Positions 8,945-19,472 are shown, counted from the first letter of the stretch. The stretch: DNA of 64,000 bases from Elusimicrobia bacterium RIFCSPLOWO2_02_FULL_39_32 (GCA_001800135.1 MGUU01000010.1:273495-337494), one strand, 5' to 3'. A program made the numbers and translations. The notes: generated by a model from the sequence alone, not told the origin.

Positions 8945-10801
8945 TTATTTTTTATCCTCATCTACGATTTCCGCATCCACAACTTTATCTTTATCATTGT
9001 TTGTACCTTCAGTTTTGGATGTGCCCCCCGTGTTATCGGTTTTTGATTTTGCGGAGGCTTCTTGGTAAAGTTGCTCAGCAAGTTTATGAGACGCTGTCAG
9101 CAAGGTCTCTTTAGCTTTTTTTATTTTTTCAAGGTCCGAACCTTTTAGGGTCTCTTTTGCGTCTGAAAGCGCTTGTTCTACTTTTAGTCTTTCGTCCTGA
9201 GAAATTTTATCTCCATGCTCTTTTAGTGCTTTTTCAGTTGCATAGATGACAGAGTCAGCCTCGTTTTTAACCTCAGTCTCTTCTTTTTTCTTTTTATCCT
9301 GCTCCGCATACTCTTCCGCCTGTTTTACGAATTTTTCCACCTCATCTTTAGAAAGTTTGTTGGGAGCTGTAATCTTAATGGATTGTTCTTTGCCTGTGCC
9401 GTGATCTTTTGCCACCACATGCAAGATTCCATTGGCATCAATGTCAAAGGTCACTTCAATTTGGGGCATGCCTCTGGGCGCTGGCGGAATACCAACCAGA
9501 TCAAATCTTCCTAAAGAAACATTGCCTTCTACCATGGCTCTTTCACCTTGCAGAACATGCACAGTCACTGCCGGCTGGTTATCGCTGGCAGTAGAAAAAG
9601 TCTGCGATTTTTTTACCGGGATGGTTGTATTTCTTTCAATCAGTTTTGTAAATACTCCCCCTAAAGTTTCTATTCCCAAAGATAGAGGCGTAACATCCAG
9701 AAGCAAAACGTCTTTGACTTCTCCTGTAAGCACCGCGGCTTGCACTCCTGCTCCAATCGCCACGCATTCCATTGGATCAATCCCTCTTTCTACTTTTTTA
9801 CCCACATGATCTTCTACGAATTTTTGAATAATAGGCATGCGAGTAGGGCCGCCTACAAGAATAATTTTTGATATATCAGCAGGTTTTAATTTTGCGTCGG
9901 ATAATGCCTGATCAATAGAATGTTCGCATCTTTTTACAATAGGGTCCACTAAGGATTCTAGTTTTGCTCTTGTGAGTTTCATGGTTAAATGTTTTGGACC
10001 GTTGGCATCCGCAGTGATAAAAGGCAAATTAAGATCTGTTTCCAATACATTGGATAATTCTATTTTTGCTTTTTCCGCTGCTTCTTTTAGTCTTTGCATC
10101 GCCATCTTATCATTGCGTAAATCTATGCCTGTTTCCTTTTTAAATTCAGAAGCGATATGGTCAATTAAAGTGGCGTCCATGTCTGTGCCGCCTAATTTGG
10201 TATCTCCGCTGGTGGAGATAACCTCAAAGACCCCGCTGCCAAAATCCATGATGGTTACATCCAGGGTTCCGCCTCCAAGGTCAAAAACAAGAATTTTTTC
10301 CTCTTTTCCTTTTTTATCAATTCCATAAGCTAAACAGGCCGCGGTGGGTTCATTGATGATACGAACTACTTCTAACCCGGCGATGGTGCCGGCATCTTTT
10401 GTAGCTTGACGCTGGTTATCATTAAAATAAGCTGGCACTGTAATCACGGCTTTTTCAACTTTTGTTCCTAGAAACGATTCTGCGTCCCGTTTAACCTTTT
10501 GCAGAATAAACGCGGAAAGTTGCTGGGGAGTAAAATCCTTACCGTGAATTGGATATTTATAATCCTCTCCCATTTTCCTTTTAAAAGCAGTTAGGGTGCC
10601 CTCAGGGTTGGTCACCGCTTGCCTGCGGGCAGGCTCGCCTACCAAAAGCTGTTCATCTTTTGTAATGGCTACATAGGAAGGGAATGCTTTTCCCCCTAAT
10701 GTGGTGCCTTCAGCTGAAGGGATAATGGTGCCTTTCCCTCCCTCCATGACTGCTGCGGCAGAATTGCTGGTTCCTAAATCAATTCCAATAATTTTTGACA
10801 T
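8945..10801 (-). CDS. dnaK: molecular chaperone DnaK (Hsp70)
   Basis: Canonical Hsp70 motifs ([29 protein letters not shown]). The ORF extends to 10816; Met at 10801 ([10 protein letters not shown]) is the likely start. Confidence 0.95.
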   Translation of the reverse strand: MSKIIGIDLGTSNSAAAVMEGGKGTIIPSAEGTTLGGKAFPSYVAITKDEQLLVGEPARRQAVTNPEGTLTAFKRKMGEDYKYPIHGKDFTPQQLSAFILQKVKRDAESFLGTKVEKAVITVPAYFNDNQRQATKDAGTIAGLEVVRIINEPTAACLAYGIDKKGKEEKILVFDLGGGTLDVTIMDFGSGVFEVISTSGDTKLGGTDMDATLIDHIASEFKKETGIDLRNDKMAMQRLKEAAEKAKIELSNVLETDLNLPFITADANGPKHLTMKLTRAKLESLVDPIVKRCEHSIDQALSDAKLKPADISKIILVGGPTRMPIIQKFVEDHVGKKVERGIDPMECVAIGAGVQAAVLTGEVKDVLLLDVTPLSLGIETLGGVFTKLIERNTTIPVKKSQTFSTASDNQPAVTVHVLQGERAMVEGNVSLGRFDLVGIPPAPRGMPQIEVTFDIDANGILHVVAKDHGTGKEQSIKITAPNKLSKDEVEKFVKQAEEYAEQDKKKKEETEVKNEADSVIYATEKALKEHGDKISQDERLKVEQALSDAKETLKGSDLEKIKKAKETLLTASHKLAEQLYQEASAKSKTDNTGGTSKTEGTNNDKDKVVDAEIVDEDKK

Positions 10802-10832
10802 GATTTTTTCCTCCAAACATTTAAGTTTAAAA

Positions 10833-11426
10833 TTATTTCGTTTCTTTAATTCTTATCTTAGCCACTTTAACCTTTGCTGGTCTTATAAGCTGGCCGTTTA
10901 AGGTATAACCTTTTTGAATTTCTTCTAAAATAATATTGTTCTCCTCTTCTTTGTTCGTTTCTATTTGCTCCAACGCTTCATGCAGATGAGGGTCAAAATG
11001 TTCTCCCAGGGTTTTTAGCGGTTGGGCGCCTTCTGATTTTAAGAATCTAAAAAATTCTTGCACGACAATTTCAAAACCTTTAATTAAAGAATTAATATCT
11101 GTTGCGTTTTGAGAATGTTTTAATGCCCCCTCCATGACATCTAAGATCGTTATCATTCTTTCAATCATGATCACTCTGCCAAATTTTAGCGCCTCCATTT
11201 TTTCTTTTTCTACTCTTTTACGATAATTGGCGAATTCCGCCTGTAATCTGAGGAGCTGGTCTAAATAATTTTGAGTTTTTGTTTTTAGAGCATCTAACGA
11301 TTCCTCTTCTTTTGCAGTCTCTTCCATAAACTGTTCTATTTTTTGAATCTCCTCTTTTTTCTCTTGGTCAGAGGGTTCTATAGTTTTTTTTGATTTAGAT
11401 AGATCTTCTGAATCTGGATTAACCAT
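10833..11426 (-). CDS. grpE: nucleotide exchange factor GrpE
   Basis: Coiled-coil N-terminus plus the GrpE signature ([13 protein letters not shown]...GFEIV). Confidence 0.85.
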   Translation of the reverse strand: MVNPDSEDLSKSKKTIEPSDQEKKEEIQKIEQFMEETAKEEESLDALKTKTQNYLDQLLRLQAEFANYRKRVEKEKMEALKFGRVIMIERMITILDVMEGALKHSQNATDINSLIKGFEIVVQEFFRFLKSEGAQPLKTLGEHFDPHLHEALEQIETNKEEENNIILEEIQKGYTLNGQLIRPAKVKVAKIRIKETK

Positions 11427-11428
11427 AA

Positions 11429-12577
11429 CTACCTTTCCTCCAATTCCTTTAACATCTTATTCACCATTTGGGAAACATAATCCACTAAAGAAATCATTTT
11501 TGGATATTCCATCCGCTTTGGCCCTAAAATGCCAAGAACCCCCACTGTTTTATCCGCCAGTTGATAGGTGGATGATATAACGCTTAAATTTTGCAATGCC
11601 TTATTTAGATTTTCCGAACCTATCCTCACATGAACCCGTCCTATTTTTTTTGGTTCCGAATGTTCTGATTTTGTTCGCAAGCGGTCATTTAAATTTTTAG
11701 TTTTAATCTGTTCCTTAGAATTTTGAGATTTTTGATCCTCTAAGATTTCATGCTCTAGGATATTAGTTAAAATCTGCTTTTCTTCGATTACTTTGAGCAG
11801 ATTTTGTAAGTCCGCTGCTCCGGAAAAATCCGGAAGAGAGAGTATGTTGCTTGCTCCTTCAAGGTAGATTTCACCTGAGGAAAATTTTTTAATCTCTTCT
11901 CCTATTTCCCTAGCCAGACTAAAAATTTCTTTAGTTTCTTCTTGTAAGTTTTCTAGACACTCCACCAATTTTAATTTCACGTTTTCTAAGGTAGAGCCTT
12001 GAAAGTTTTGATTGATAATTCTTGCTATTTTACGCAGATGTTCTTTTGGGATTTCTATTTGAGTGTTGATTGTAAAATGTTTAGCCAATCCTGACTCGGT
12101 AATCATGGCGCAAAGAATTCTTTTATTGGTAATGGGAACTAATTCCAAACAAGAAAATATATTTTTTTCCCACTTAGGAGTCATGACAAAACCCGTATAG
12201 TGAGAAAGAGTTGAAAGCATCCTGGAAGTTTGGCTCATAAAATCCTCAACCTCTTTAATTCGGGCTTCATATTCGGTTTGAATTCTTACTTGTTCCTGGA
12301 CCGCCAATCGCTGCATTTCTACAAGCGAATCCACATAGAGCCTATATCCTTTATCTGTTGGGATTCTTCCGGCTGAGGCGTGCGGCTGAGCAATCATCCC
12401 AGACTTTTCCAGTTCAAAAAGAGTATGGCGGATAGAAGCTGAAGAAAGTCCCAAGCGGCTTGTATTAGAGATACTATGAGAACCAACAGGCTTTCCTGTG
12501 CGGATATGCTCATGGATCACATACTGCAGGACTTTTTTCTTTCTTTCTTCGATTTCTTCTTGGTTTAAGGCGCGCAT
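11429..12577 (-). CDS. hrcA: heat-inducible transcription repressor HrcA
   Basis: N-terminal wHTH (LQYVIHEHIRTGKPVGSHSIS) and HrcA C-domain. The ORF track starts at a GTG (12589) that lies inside the CIRCE palindrome; ATG at 12577 (MRALNQ..) is preferred. Confidence 0.85.
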   Translation of the reverse strand: MRALNQEEIEERKKKVLQYVIHEHIRTGKPVGSHSISNTSRLGLSSASIRHTLFELEKSGMIAQPHASAGRIPTDKGYRLYVDSLVEMQRLAVQEQVRIQTEYEARIKEVEDFMSQTSRMLSTLSHYTGFVMTPKWEKNIFSCLELVPITNKRILCAMITESGLAKHFTINTQIEIPKEHLRKIARIINQNFQGSTLENVKLKLVECLENLQEETKEIFSLAREIGEEIKKFSSGEIYLEGASNILSLPDFSGAADLQNLLKVIEEKQILTNILEHEILEDQKSQNSKEQIKTKNLNDRLRTKSEHSEPKKIGRVHVRIGSENLNKALQNLSVISSTYQLADKTVGVLGILGPKRMEYPKMISLVDYVSQMVNKMLKELEER

Positions 12578-12582
12578 ATATA

Positions 12583-12609
12583 TTAGCACTCAATAAATAA
12601 GAGTGCTAA
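12583..12609. promoter_or_regulatory. CIRCE operator (HrcA binding site) TTAGCACTC-N9-GAGTGCTAA
   Basis: Perfect 9-9-9 inverted repeat ttagcactc aataaataa gagtgctaa read directly from the sequence, immediately 5' of hrcA. Confidence 0.9.
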
Positions 12610-12612
12610 TAT

Positions 12613-12641
12613 AATATATCAGCTTAATTTTATTTTGTCAA
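12613..12641 (-). promoter_or_regulatory. putative sigma-A promoter of the hrcA operon (TTGACA-17-TATATT on the minus strand)
   Basis: The reverse complement reads TTGACA aaataaaattaagctga TATATT, followed directly by CIRCE. This is the classic promoter-CIRCE arrangement. Confidence 0.45.
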
Positions 12642-12663
12642 GAACTTATTATTTTGGTACTAT
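12635..12663 (+). promoter_or_regulatory. putative sigma-A promoter of the 893-aa membrane/TPR gene (TTGTCA-17-TACTAT)
   Basis: TTGTCA at 12635-12640 and TACTAT at 12658-12663. Its -35 hexamer overlaps the -35 of the divergent hrcA promoter (palindromic TTGTCAA). Confidence 0.4.
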
Positions 12664-12684
12664 TTTTTAATAAATTTAAAATAT

Positions 12685-15366
12685 ATGGCGAAGAAAAACA
12701 ATAAAGCTAAAAGAGGAATACCTCTTACTCCAAAAGAATTTTTTATGGTTGTTGAGAAAAATAGGACCCTCCTTATCCTTTTTTTTATTATTCTATTTTT
12801 TTCTTTTTATGCTCTATATAAAAGTTATTGGTTTTATATTCCATTTAACGATATTCATAAATTTATTAATTTTGATGTTGTTTACTACAATTTAAAGTTA
12901 CTGTTATCTTTTAAAGGAGGGTATGCCACATCTCTTTGGGCTATTTTAGTTTTTATTTCTATTTCCACTTTTTTCTATTGGTCAGGGAAACTGTTACTCA
13001 AGTGGATCTTAAATTTTAATTTTCCATTTTCTAAATTAGAAATGTTTGCTTGTAGTTGGTTTTTAGGGTCATGGATCTGTGGGATGTTTTGGTTTTTCCT
13101 TGGAACAGTGGGTCTATTTAAAAAATGGATTGCGTTTACGCTCTTTTTCACTGGATTGTTGCTTTTTGTAATTCATCTCAAAAAAAACATTAACAAGGAT
13201 AAGATAATAAATTTATTTAATTCCATTAAATGGAATATGGAATTATTATGGATCACATTTATTATTAGTGTGATTTTTTTATGGGTAAGCCAATGTATTG
13301 CTCCATATAATTACTGGGACACTCTTACGATAGATATGGCTTTACCAGGATATTATGTTGCTGAAGGGAGATTTGTCCCCAATCCTTTTCATATCTATAG
13401 TTATTTCCATCAGAATAATCAACTTTTAATGGTGTGGGTACTCCTTGTAAATTCAAAAGAGGCTGCGTATTTATTAATTTGGGGATTTTTCGTAGTTCTG
13501 CTGTTGTTTGTGTATGGTTGGATTTCACGAATTGCATCCAGGCTTGCAGCGCTTTGTTGTATTAGTATTTTTTTATTTAGTTATCTAGGTCCTTGGTTAG
13601 TGACTTATGTCAAAAACGACTTGCAGTTAGGAATTTTTTTAGTTCTTCAATGGTGGGCTCTATTATTTTCATTTAGAAAATATAGTCAGCAACAATCTGA
13701 TACTATAAATTGGCTTTTTCTTGCAGGTCTATTTTCCGGTGTAGCAATAGGACATAAATTTACCGCTATTCAATCAGTTATAATAACAACAGGAGGAACA
13801 TTTGTTTTTTTCTTTTATAATTCTTCAAAAATTTTTAAGGAAAGAGTATTGGAGTCAGGCAAACTATGTCTAATTTTTGTTTCTGGTTTATTGATCTCAT
13901 GGGGTCCATGGTTGGTTAGAACAGCTCTTCTGACGGGCAATCCAATATACCCATTTTTAAATAAAATTTTTAACGTAAATCCATTATTCCCATGGCATAG
14001 AGATCATCCAGGCACTTATGGTTTAATCCAATTAGGATTTTCTGGATTATTGATATATTTAAGAAATCTCTCTCAATTTAAACCAGTAGGTAGTTTAGGA
14101 AATGCAGCTATATGGTGGGGGCCGAGTATTTGGATCTGTTTTTCCGCTTTTTTTTGTTTTTTTAAATTTTTTGTGAAGGAAATCCGTTGGATTACTGCCA
14201 TTGTTTTATTAAGTTATTTATTTTCTCTTACCTTTACAATTAAACCCCCATACCATATAGGGCCGCTCTTCTTTCTTTTCTGCTGTTTATTTGGATTATC
14301 TTTAGAGGCAACTTGGCAAAATTTAAAATCTAAATTTCTTAAATCTCTCACCATCCTATTAGTTATTCTAAATATAATTAGAGGGATTTCTGTTAGCAAC
14401 ATGCTGCGAATGAATTATTTTTCAAATATGATCATGTTCATAGGATCACCTATTTGGCATTTTATGAGTCATACTCCTGGGGGTGTAGACTTTGCGACAA
14501 TTGATGAAATGGAATGGATGCATTATCTAATTAATAAATATAGTTTTGAGGAAGATAGGGTAATCTTTTTAGGTTCAATACGGCCTTTTGGAATTGAACG
14601 AAGACATTATTGGTCATTTGAATTAGATAAGCAACCCATGCTTTATTTTGCAGAAAAAGCTAAAGATGCTATAGATCTCAAGCATCAACTTTTGCAAGAA
14701 GGATTTAAACATATTATTTATGATCCTATTGAGTGGAAAGCTTGGATCAATAATTATACTGTTAATGATCCTAATCATCATGATTATAAAATAGAACCAG
14801 CTGATCTAACTAAAATAGAAATTTTATTATCGCAACATACTACTGAACGTTTTAGAGTGCCTAGTGGACGATTGATCTGGTACACCATTAAATCTAATCC
14901 TAATGAGTTATTTCAATCCATTTCGTTTGAATTAGAGGATGTCTATAAATATCCATTCCTTTATTTGGAATTGGCAGATGCTTATAGTAATAATGGTGAA
15001 AATGAAAAATCAATACAAATTTTAGAACTTTTGAATCGGCATATATTTCAGAAGAGTCTTGCTCATAGAATTAATGTTTCTTTAGGATTGGCATATTTTA
15101 AAAACAATAAATTTTCGGAAGCCATACCTTATTTAACAAAAGTTATTGAAATCGAACCAAATAATTCTGCAGTATTTGTTTGGCGTTCTAGGGCATATCA
15201 GCAATTAGGCCAAATTGATCTTGCAGTTTTAGATTTAACAAAAGCAATCTCTTTAAATCCTAATAATTCTGATTTGCTAATGGAGAGATCTCAAATATTT
15301 TATAAACAGGGTAAACTGGAAGATTCTAAGAGAGATTTTGAGCAGGCAAAATTACTTAAAGATTAG
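12685..15366 (+). CDS. large polytopic membrane protein (GT-C-like glycosyltransferase architecture) with C-terminal TPR repeats
   Basis: 893 aa with more than 12 predicted TM helices, a YWDTLTID loop motif, a conserved TGNPIYPFL motif and C-terminal TPR repeats (..AYFKNNKFSEAIPYLTKVIEIEPNN..AYQQLGQIDLAV..). Paralogous along most of its length to the 762-aa protein at 16287..18575. Confidence 0.55.
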   Translation: MAKKNNKAKRGIPLTPKEFFMVVEKNRTLLILFFIILFFSFYALYKSYWFYIPFNDIHKFINFDVVYYNLKLLLSFKGGYATSLWAILVFISISTFFYWSGKLLLKWILNFNFPFSKLEMFACSWFLGSWICGMFWFFLGTVGLFKKWIAFTLFFTGLLLFVIHLKKNINKDKIINLFNSIKWNMELLWITFIISVIFLWVSQCIAPYNYWDTLTIDMALPGYYVAEGRFVPNPFHIYSYFHQNNQLLMVWVLLVNSKEAAYLLIWGFFVVLLLFVYGWISRIASRLAALCCISIFLFSYLGPWLVTYVKNDLQLGIFLVLQWWALLFSFRKYSQQQSDTINWLFLAGLFSGVAIGHKFTAIQSVIITTGGTFVFFFYNSSKIFKERVLESGKLCLIFVSGLLISWGPWLVRTALLTGNPIYPFLNKIFNVNPLFPWHRDHPGTYGLIQLGFSGLLIYLRNLSQFKPVGSLGNAAIWWGPSIWICFSAFFCFFKFFVKEIRWITAIVLLSYLFSLTFTIKPPYHIGPLFFLFCCLFGLSLEATWQNLKSKFLKSLTILLVILNIIRGISVSNMLRMNYFSNMIMFIGSPIWHFMSHTPGGVDFATIDEMEWMHYLINKYSFEEDRVIFLGSIRPFGIERRHYWSFELDKQPMLYFAEKAKDAIDLKHQLLQEGFKHIIYDPIEWKAWINNYTVNDPNHHDYKIEPADLTKIEILLSQHTTERFRVPSGRLIWYTIKSNPNELFQSISFELEDVYKYPFLYLELADAYSNNGENEKSIQILELLNRHIFQKSLAHRINVSLGLAYFKNNKFSEAIPYLTKVIEIEPNNSAVFVWRSRAYQQLGQIDLAVLDLTKAISLNPNNSDLLMERSQIFYKQGKLEDSKRDFEQAKLLKD

Positions 15367-16268
15367 AATGAGGGATGATCTAATTTGCGATGAAGAACCA
15401 CCATCAAATCTGCTAGAAGGCCAGTTAACAATATAATCAGGCTGGAGAGTATAAGCATTACATCAAAGCCCCCAATATTTTGATAAACTAACCAATCATA
15501 GATTGTTTTGGTACAACCAGAAAGCAAGACAAAAACAAAAAGAGGTAAAAAAATTCTTAATGGGTTAAAATACATGACGGTTCTAATTACAAGGGAAAAA
15601 TAATTGTAGGTATCTTTAATTGGATGAAATGAGGATGTGCCCCCAGATCTCTTAAAATAATCAATGGGGTGAAAATAGACCCTTTGGTGGTTACAGAGAA
15701 AAGCCAGGGTGATTGTGGATTCCCAAGAGTGTGAATCAGGAAGCAGATAAAAATATTTAAGCGCAATTGATTTTTTAAAAATTCTTAATCCAGAATTTAA
15801 ATCTGGGATTTTTTCTTGAGACAAATAAGAAGCTAATTTTCTAATCAAAAATTTGGCTGGTAACCGTAACCAATAGAATGTCCCTTTTTCTTTAACCCTT
15901 GCTCCGATCACCATATCATAATCATGCTCCAAGATCAGTTGCAACATCTCAAGTATTGGTTTTTGAGGGTAGGTTCCATCCGCATCAGTTGTAACAATGA
16001 TCTCATTTTGAGCAGTTAAAATTCCTGTTTTTCTTCCAGCTCCAACGCCTCTATTTTTTGCATGGCGGACAACTTTTACTCCTTTGCTTTGAGCGATTTT
16101 TGAGGTTTCATCCGTGGAGCCATCGTCAACAACAATAAATTCATATGAAATTTCTGATTCTTTTAAGACTTTTTGAATTTGAACGATTTCCTCTCCAATA
16201 GAGTCTGCTTCATTGTAAGCTGGCAGGATCACACTGATTGAATTCTGTCTTAAAGGTTTTTGATTCAT
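15363..16268 (-). CDS. GT2 polyprenyl-phosphate sugar synthase (GtrB/CsbB/DPM1-like)
   Basis: ISVILPAYNEADSIG...YEFIVVDDGSTDET...TDADG GT-A core, plus two C-terminal TM helices typical of polyprenyl-phosphate glycosyltransferases. Confidence 0.75.
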   Translation of the reverse strand: MNQKPLRQNSISVILPAYNEADSIGEEIVQIQKVLKESEISYEFIVVDDGSTDETSKIAQSKGVKVVRHAKNRGVGAGRKTGILTAQNEIIVTTDADGTYPQKPILEMLQLILEHDYDMVIGARVKEKGTFYWLRLPAKFLIRKLASYLSQEKIPDLNSGLRIFKKSIALKYFYLLPDSHSWESTITLAFLCNHQRVYFHPIDYFKRSGGTSSFHPIKDTYNYFSLVIRTVMYFNPLRIFLPLFVFVLLSGCTKTIYDWLVYQNIGGFDVMLILSSLIILLTGLLADLMVVLHRKLDHPSF

Positions 16269-16286
16269 GTTTATTTATTTTGAAGA

Positions 16287-18575
16287 TTATTTTTTATTCA
16301 GTTGTTCCAATATAAATACGGGGCTGGGTTCTAAATTTTGTTTTGAGTTTTCATTTTTTATTTTTTGAATTTCATAGAGTAAAATCAGACTGTTCCTTTG
16401 GAAAAAACGTTCCGGGATAATTTCTCTATGGCTTTCTTTTACATAGTCATTCCAAAATAATTCAAATATTTTAAGCTCTTCCTCCTTCCATTTTAACATT
16501 TTATAACTGTAAGTGCGACGCGCTTCATTGAAATTTATCAAGATATGGGTAATTCCAGAATTTTGAAAATGTTTTAAGAGCTCATCTCCTGAGTTCGAAT
16601 TTTTTACCCACCCAATCAGAGGATTTTGTCCATGCACATCTGTATAAAGGTAGGGTAATTTTAAGTCATAGGTTTTGGAATCTCCTATAAAAAGAGTGCG
16701 GGTTGTTTTAGACAGATGTTTCTCCATCCAGCGAAACATGACATTAGCCGGATAGGGATTAAGGCCTGGGTGCGTAACCATTTTGTAATCTTCGCGGCTT
16801 TCCCTTCCAGAAAGAACATCGCCTGGATTATAAGAATTTTTTATGATAAAGGCACAGGTCTGTAAATTTTCAGTCAATACTAGAATCACAGGGATTAGAA
16901 AAATTGTTCTTATTAAAAAATTTTTATTTTTTAAAGCAAGATGGAATCCAAGCGCATAAATAAAACAAAGCAAAGGATAACCCTGAAGATGATATCTTGT
17001 GAGGTGGGTAGAATTAAAAGAAGCGATAAAGAAGAAAATAAGAAACAAAAAGATTATTTGGCTCCATTCTTTTTTTAAATATTGAATAGATAAAAGGCTA
17101 ATGGGGAGCAAACTTAAGAAAAGTGGCCCTGGAAAAGAAAGTCCACTTTGATTGCGATCCTTGAATGTTAGTTTCCAAGGTAGTGTCCAATTTTGCCAAG
17201 ATTCAGTAATAAAACGACGATTCTCATTAATAAAAGTTTCCCACTGTTCTGGATCTAAAAAGTAGTTTTGAAAATTAAATTTTTTGAATAAAGCAGTTAG
17301 AAAAGGGAATACTGGATTTCCTGTGTCCCATAAATTTTTTAACAGCCAAGGAGAAATAGTGAGCCCAAAAACTAAAATAAAGAAAAAGCTTTGTCTTAAG
17401 AAATTTTTGTAATTATTTGGATTACGCACAAGAGAAAAAAGGAAAAAACTTAAAAATAACGTTCCTGCCATAATTCCGCCCTGATATTTTGAACCATAGG
17501 CAAATCCACACATAAGAGCGGAGAGAATAACCCATGAAGAAGATTCATCTTGTTGGTTTTGACTTTGGATCCCTCTTTTTTGAATATCTACTGCTAGACA
17601 CAGAGCATAGGCAGAAAAAAATGCAAACAAACAGCTGCTAATATCAATGCCACTTGTCCATAGGTTCATTTGAACCATTGGAACAGAAATGAAAAAAATA
17701 CTAGCAATGAGACCAACCTGAATAGAAAATCCTAGACGTTTTGCAAAAGTTCCAAAACCAAACAGGATTAGAACAGCATTAAACCAATGGATTAATTTTG
17801 GAACCATTTCATCGTGTAAGGCTAGTCCAAATAGATAGAGTGTTTGTAAAATCATTGGAAATTTACTCACTGCTCCAGGAATTCTAACGACCCCTTTTTC
17901 TTGTAAAAAAAGGTTAGGAACTCCTAAATGATAAACCAGGGAATCATAAAAAACTTCTGGGACTAAAGCCATTACAAAACTTACGCTTAAGAATATCCAT
18001 AAAAACAATCTTAAGATAAATGGTTGCGCACTCCCAAAACAGAAGACCGAGATTTCTTTAGTTCCTTCTTTAAGAAAAGTTCTCCCATTGGAATTTTTTA
18101 GAAAATACCAAAAAAAACTTAAGCAACAACTAAACCAAAGAATAATGATTAATGGAACATATAAGAGGCGAAGAGCGCTTAAGAATAAAAAGATGAAGGC
18201 AATCAATGGCTGGCCAATAATTATAGAAAAGATCAACTGCTCTAAGGATGAATTCCATTTAACTTTAAATGGTTGAAGAAAATAGTAACCCAAGGTAAGA
18301 GCGCCTGAAACAATACCTAACCAGACCGCCAGACCTTTAAGATAGAAGAGAAGAATAGAAAGAGTAGGGAAAAAAATCTTTACAGGTAGGAGTGATTCAA
18401 AGTTTCTAATATCTAATGGATATTGCTGAAGGTATTTATAGATTATAAAGTAAGACCAGAGAATTCCGGCTCCAATCCACCAATTGGAGTATTGGTTTAG
18501 GAGTAAATCTTCATTTTCTTTTTTTAAAGGCGAATTAGATTTTGAGAATTTTGAATGTTTTATTGACTCAGCCAT
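16287..18575 (-). CDS. large polytopic membrane protein (GT-C-like), paralog of 12685..15366 without the TPR tail
   Basis: 762 aa and multi-TM. It shares the FYDSLVYH loop motif, the TGNPVFPFL motif and a C-terminal extracytoplasmic domain with the 893-aa protein. Confidence 0.55.
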   Translation of the reverse strand: MAESIKHSKFSKSNSPLKKENEDLLLNQYSNWWIGAGILWSYFIIYKYLQQYPLDIRNFESLLPVKIFFPTLSILLFYLKGLAVWLGIVSGALTLGYYFLQPFKVKWNSSLEQLIFSIIIGQPLIAFIFLFLSALRLLYVPLIIILWFSCCLSFFWYFLKNSNGRTFLKEGTKEISVFCFGSAQPFILRLFLWIFLSVSFVMALVPEVFYDSLVYHLGVPNLFLQEKGVVRIPGAVSKFPMILQTLYLFGLALHDEMVPKLIHWFNAVLILFGFGTFAKRLGFSIQVGLIASIFFISVPMVQMNLWTSGIDISSCLFAFFSAYALCLAVDIQKRGIQSQNQQDESSSWVILSALMCGFAYGSKYQGGIMAGTLFLSFFLFSLVRNPNNYKNFLRQSFFFILVFGLTISPWLLKNLWDTGNPVFPFLTALFKKFNFQNYFLDPEQWETFINENRRFITESWQNWTLPWKLTFKDRNQSGLSFPGPLFLSLLPISLLSIQYLKKEWSQIIFLFLIFFFIASFNSTHLTRYHLQGYPLLCFIYALGFHLALKNKNFLIRTIFLIPVILVLTENLQTCAFIIKNSYNPGDVLSGRESREDYKMVTHPGLNPYPANVMFRWMEKHLSKTTRTLFIGDSKTYDLKLPYLYTDVHGQNPLIGWVKNSNSGDELLKHFQNSGITHILINFNEARRTYSYKMLKWKEEELKIFELFWNDYVKESHREIIPERFFQRNSLILLYEIQKIKNENSKQNLEPSPVFILEQLNKK

Positions 18576-18587
18576 TGGCGATAAAAT

Positions 18588-19472
18588 TTAATTAATAATT
18601 TTAAATCTAGTGAACGGCCAGTAGAGCAGCCATGCTCTGCCTTTTAGTTGTTTTTCTGAGAGTGGTCCCCAAAATCTGGAATCAAAGGATCCGTCTCGGT
18701 TGTCTCCCATGACAAAAAAATGTTTTTCCGGCACTTTGATAGGACCAAAATTGTCTCGGATCGCTTCTGCAGGTAAATAAATGAAATCTCCGTTTTCCCA
18801 ATTTTTTTGGTATTCCGCATCATCTTTATAAATTTTTGCCTTTGGATAAATCGTTGGATGCAAAAAATGTCCGTGAATATCATCCATTTTTTTGCCGTTA
18901 ATGAACAGCATCTTATTTTTTATCTCTAGGTTGTCTCCGGGGAGGCCTATGGCTCTTTTTATAAAATCTTTTTTTATCCCTTTTTTTCTTTCTTCTTCAG
19001 ACAGGGCATTGAGAGGACACAAAAAAACAACCACATCAAATCTTTTGACTTGTTTAAAATCCCACAATTTTTTAGATGTAAATGGAATTTGCGTGCCATA
19101 AATAAATTTGTTCACAAACAGATGATCTCCAATTTCTAGGGTTGGCCGCATGGAACCAGAGGGGATTTTAAAAGCTTGGATTAAGAATGCCATGATTAAA
19201 AATGCCAATAGAACTGCAGATACGCCAGTGTCAGACCATTCAATCGCTTCCCTAGTCCATTTTTCAATTTTGACCCCAGAGCTTTTTTTTCTAATCCATC
19301 GAAAAAGAAAAGAGGCGGCTAGGAATGTGGAGAAAACATAAATGACTTTAGTTTCCATGGGTTCTTCTTGGCAAGCAAAAAATTTCCATCCTATAATCCC
19401 TAACCCGCAAAAGGATAGTAGCCAGAAAAGTAATATTAGGAAAGATTCATTATTATTTTCAGTTGATTTCAT
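18588..19472 (-). CDS. lepB: signal peptidase I
   Basis: S26 catalytic boxes IPSGSMRPTL and VMGDNRDGSFDSRFWG, with two N-terminal TM segments. Confidence 0.85.
   Translation of the reverse strand: MKSTENNNESFLILLFWLLSFCGLGIIGWKFFACQEEPMETKVIYVFSTFLAASFLFRWIRKKSSGVKIEKWTREAIEWSDTGVSAVLLAFLIMAFLIQAFKIPSGSMRPTLEIGDHLFVNKFIYGTQIPFTSKKLWDFKQVKRFDVVVFLCPLNALSEEERKKGIKKDFIKRAIGLPGDNLEIKNKMLFINGKKMDDIHGHFLHPTIYPKAKIYKDDAEYQKNWENGDFIYLPAEAIRDNFGPIKVPEKHFFVMGDNRDGSFDSRFWGPLSEKQLKGRAWLLYWPFTRFKIIN

Noticed and set aside
9409-10328. Three plus-strand ORFs (61-125 aa) inside dnaK
   Set aside because: Antisense shadow ORFs within a highly conserved chaperone gene, with low-complexity Ser/Thr/Pro-rich translations. 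No independent support.
12587-12589. GTG start of the longest hrcA ORF
   Set aside because: It lies inside the CIRCE palindrome. HrcA N-terminal conservation begins right after the ATG at 12577, so the shorter start is preferred.
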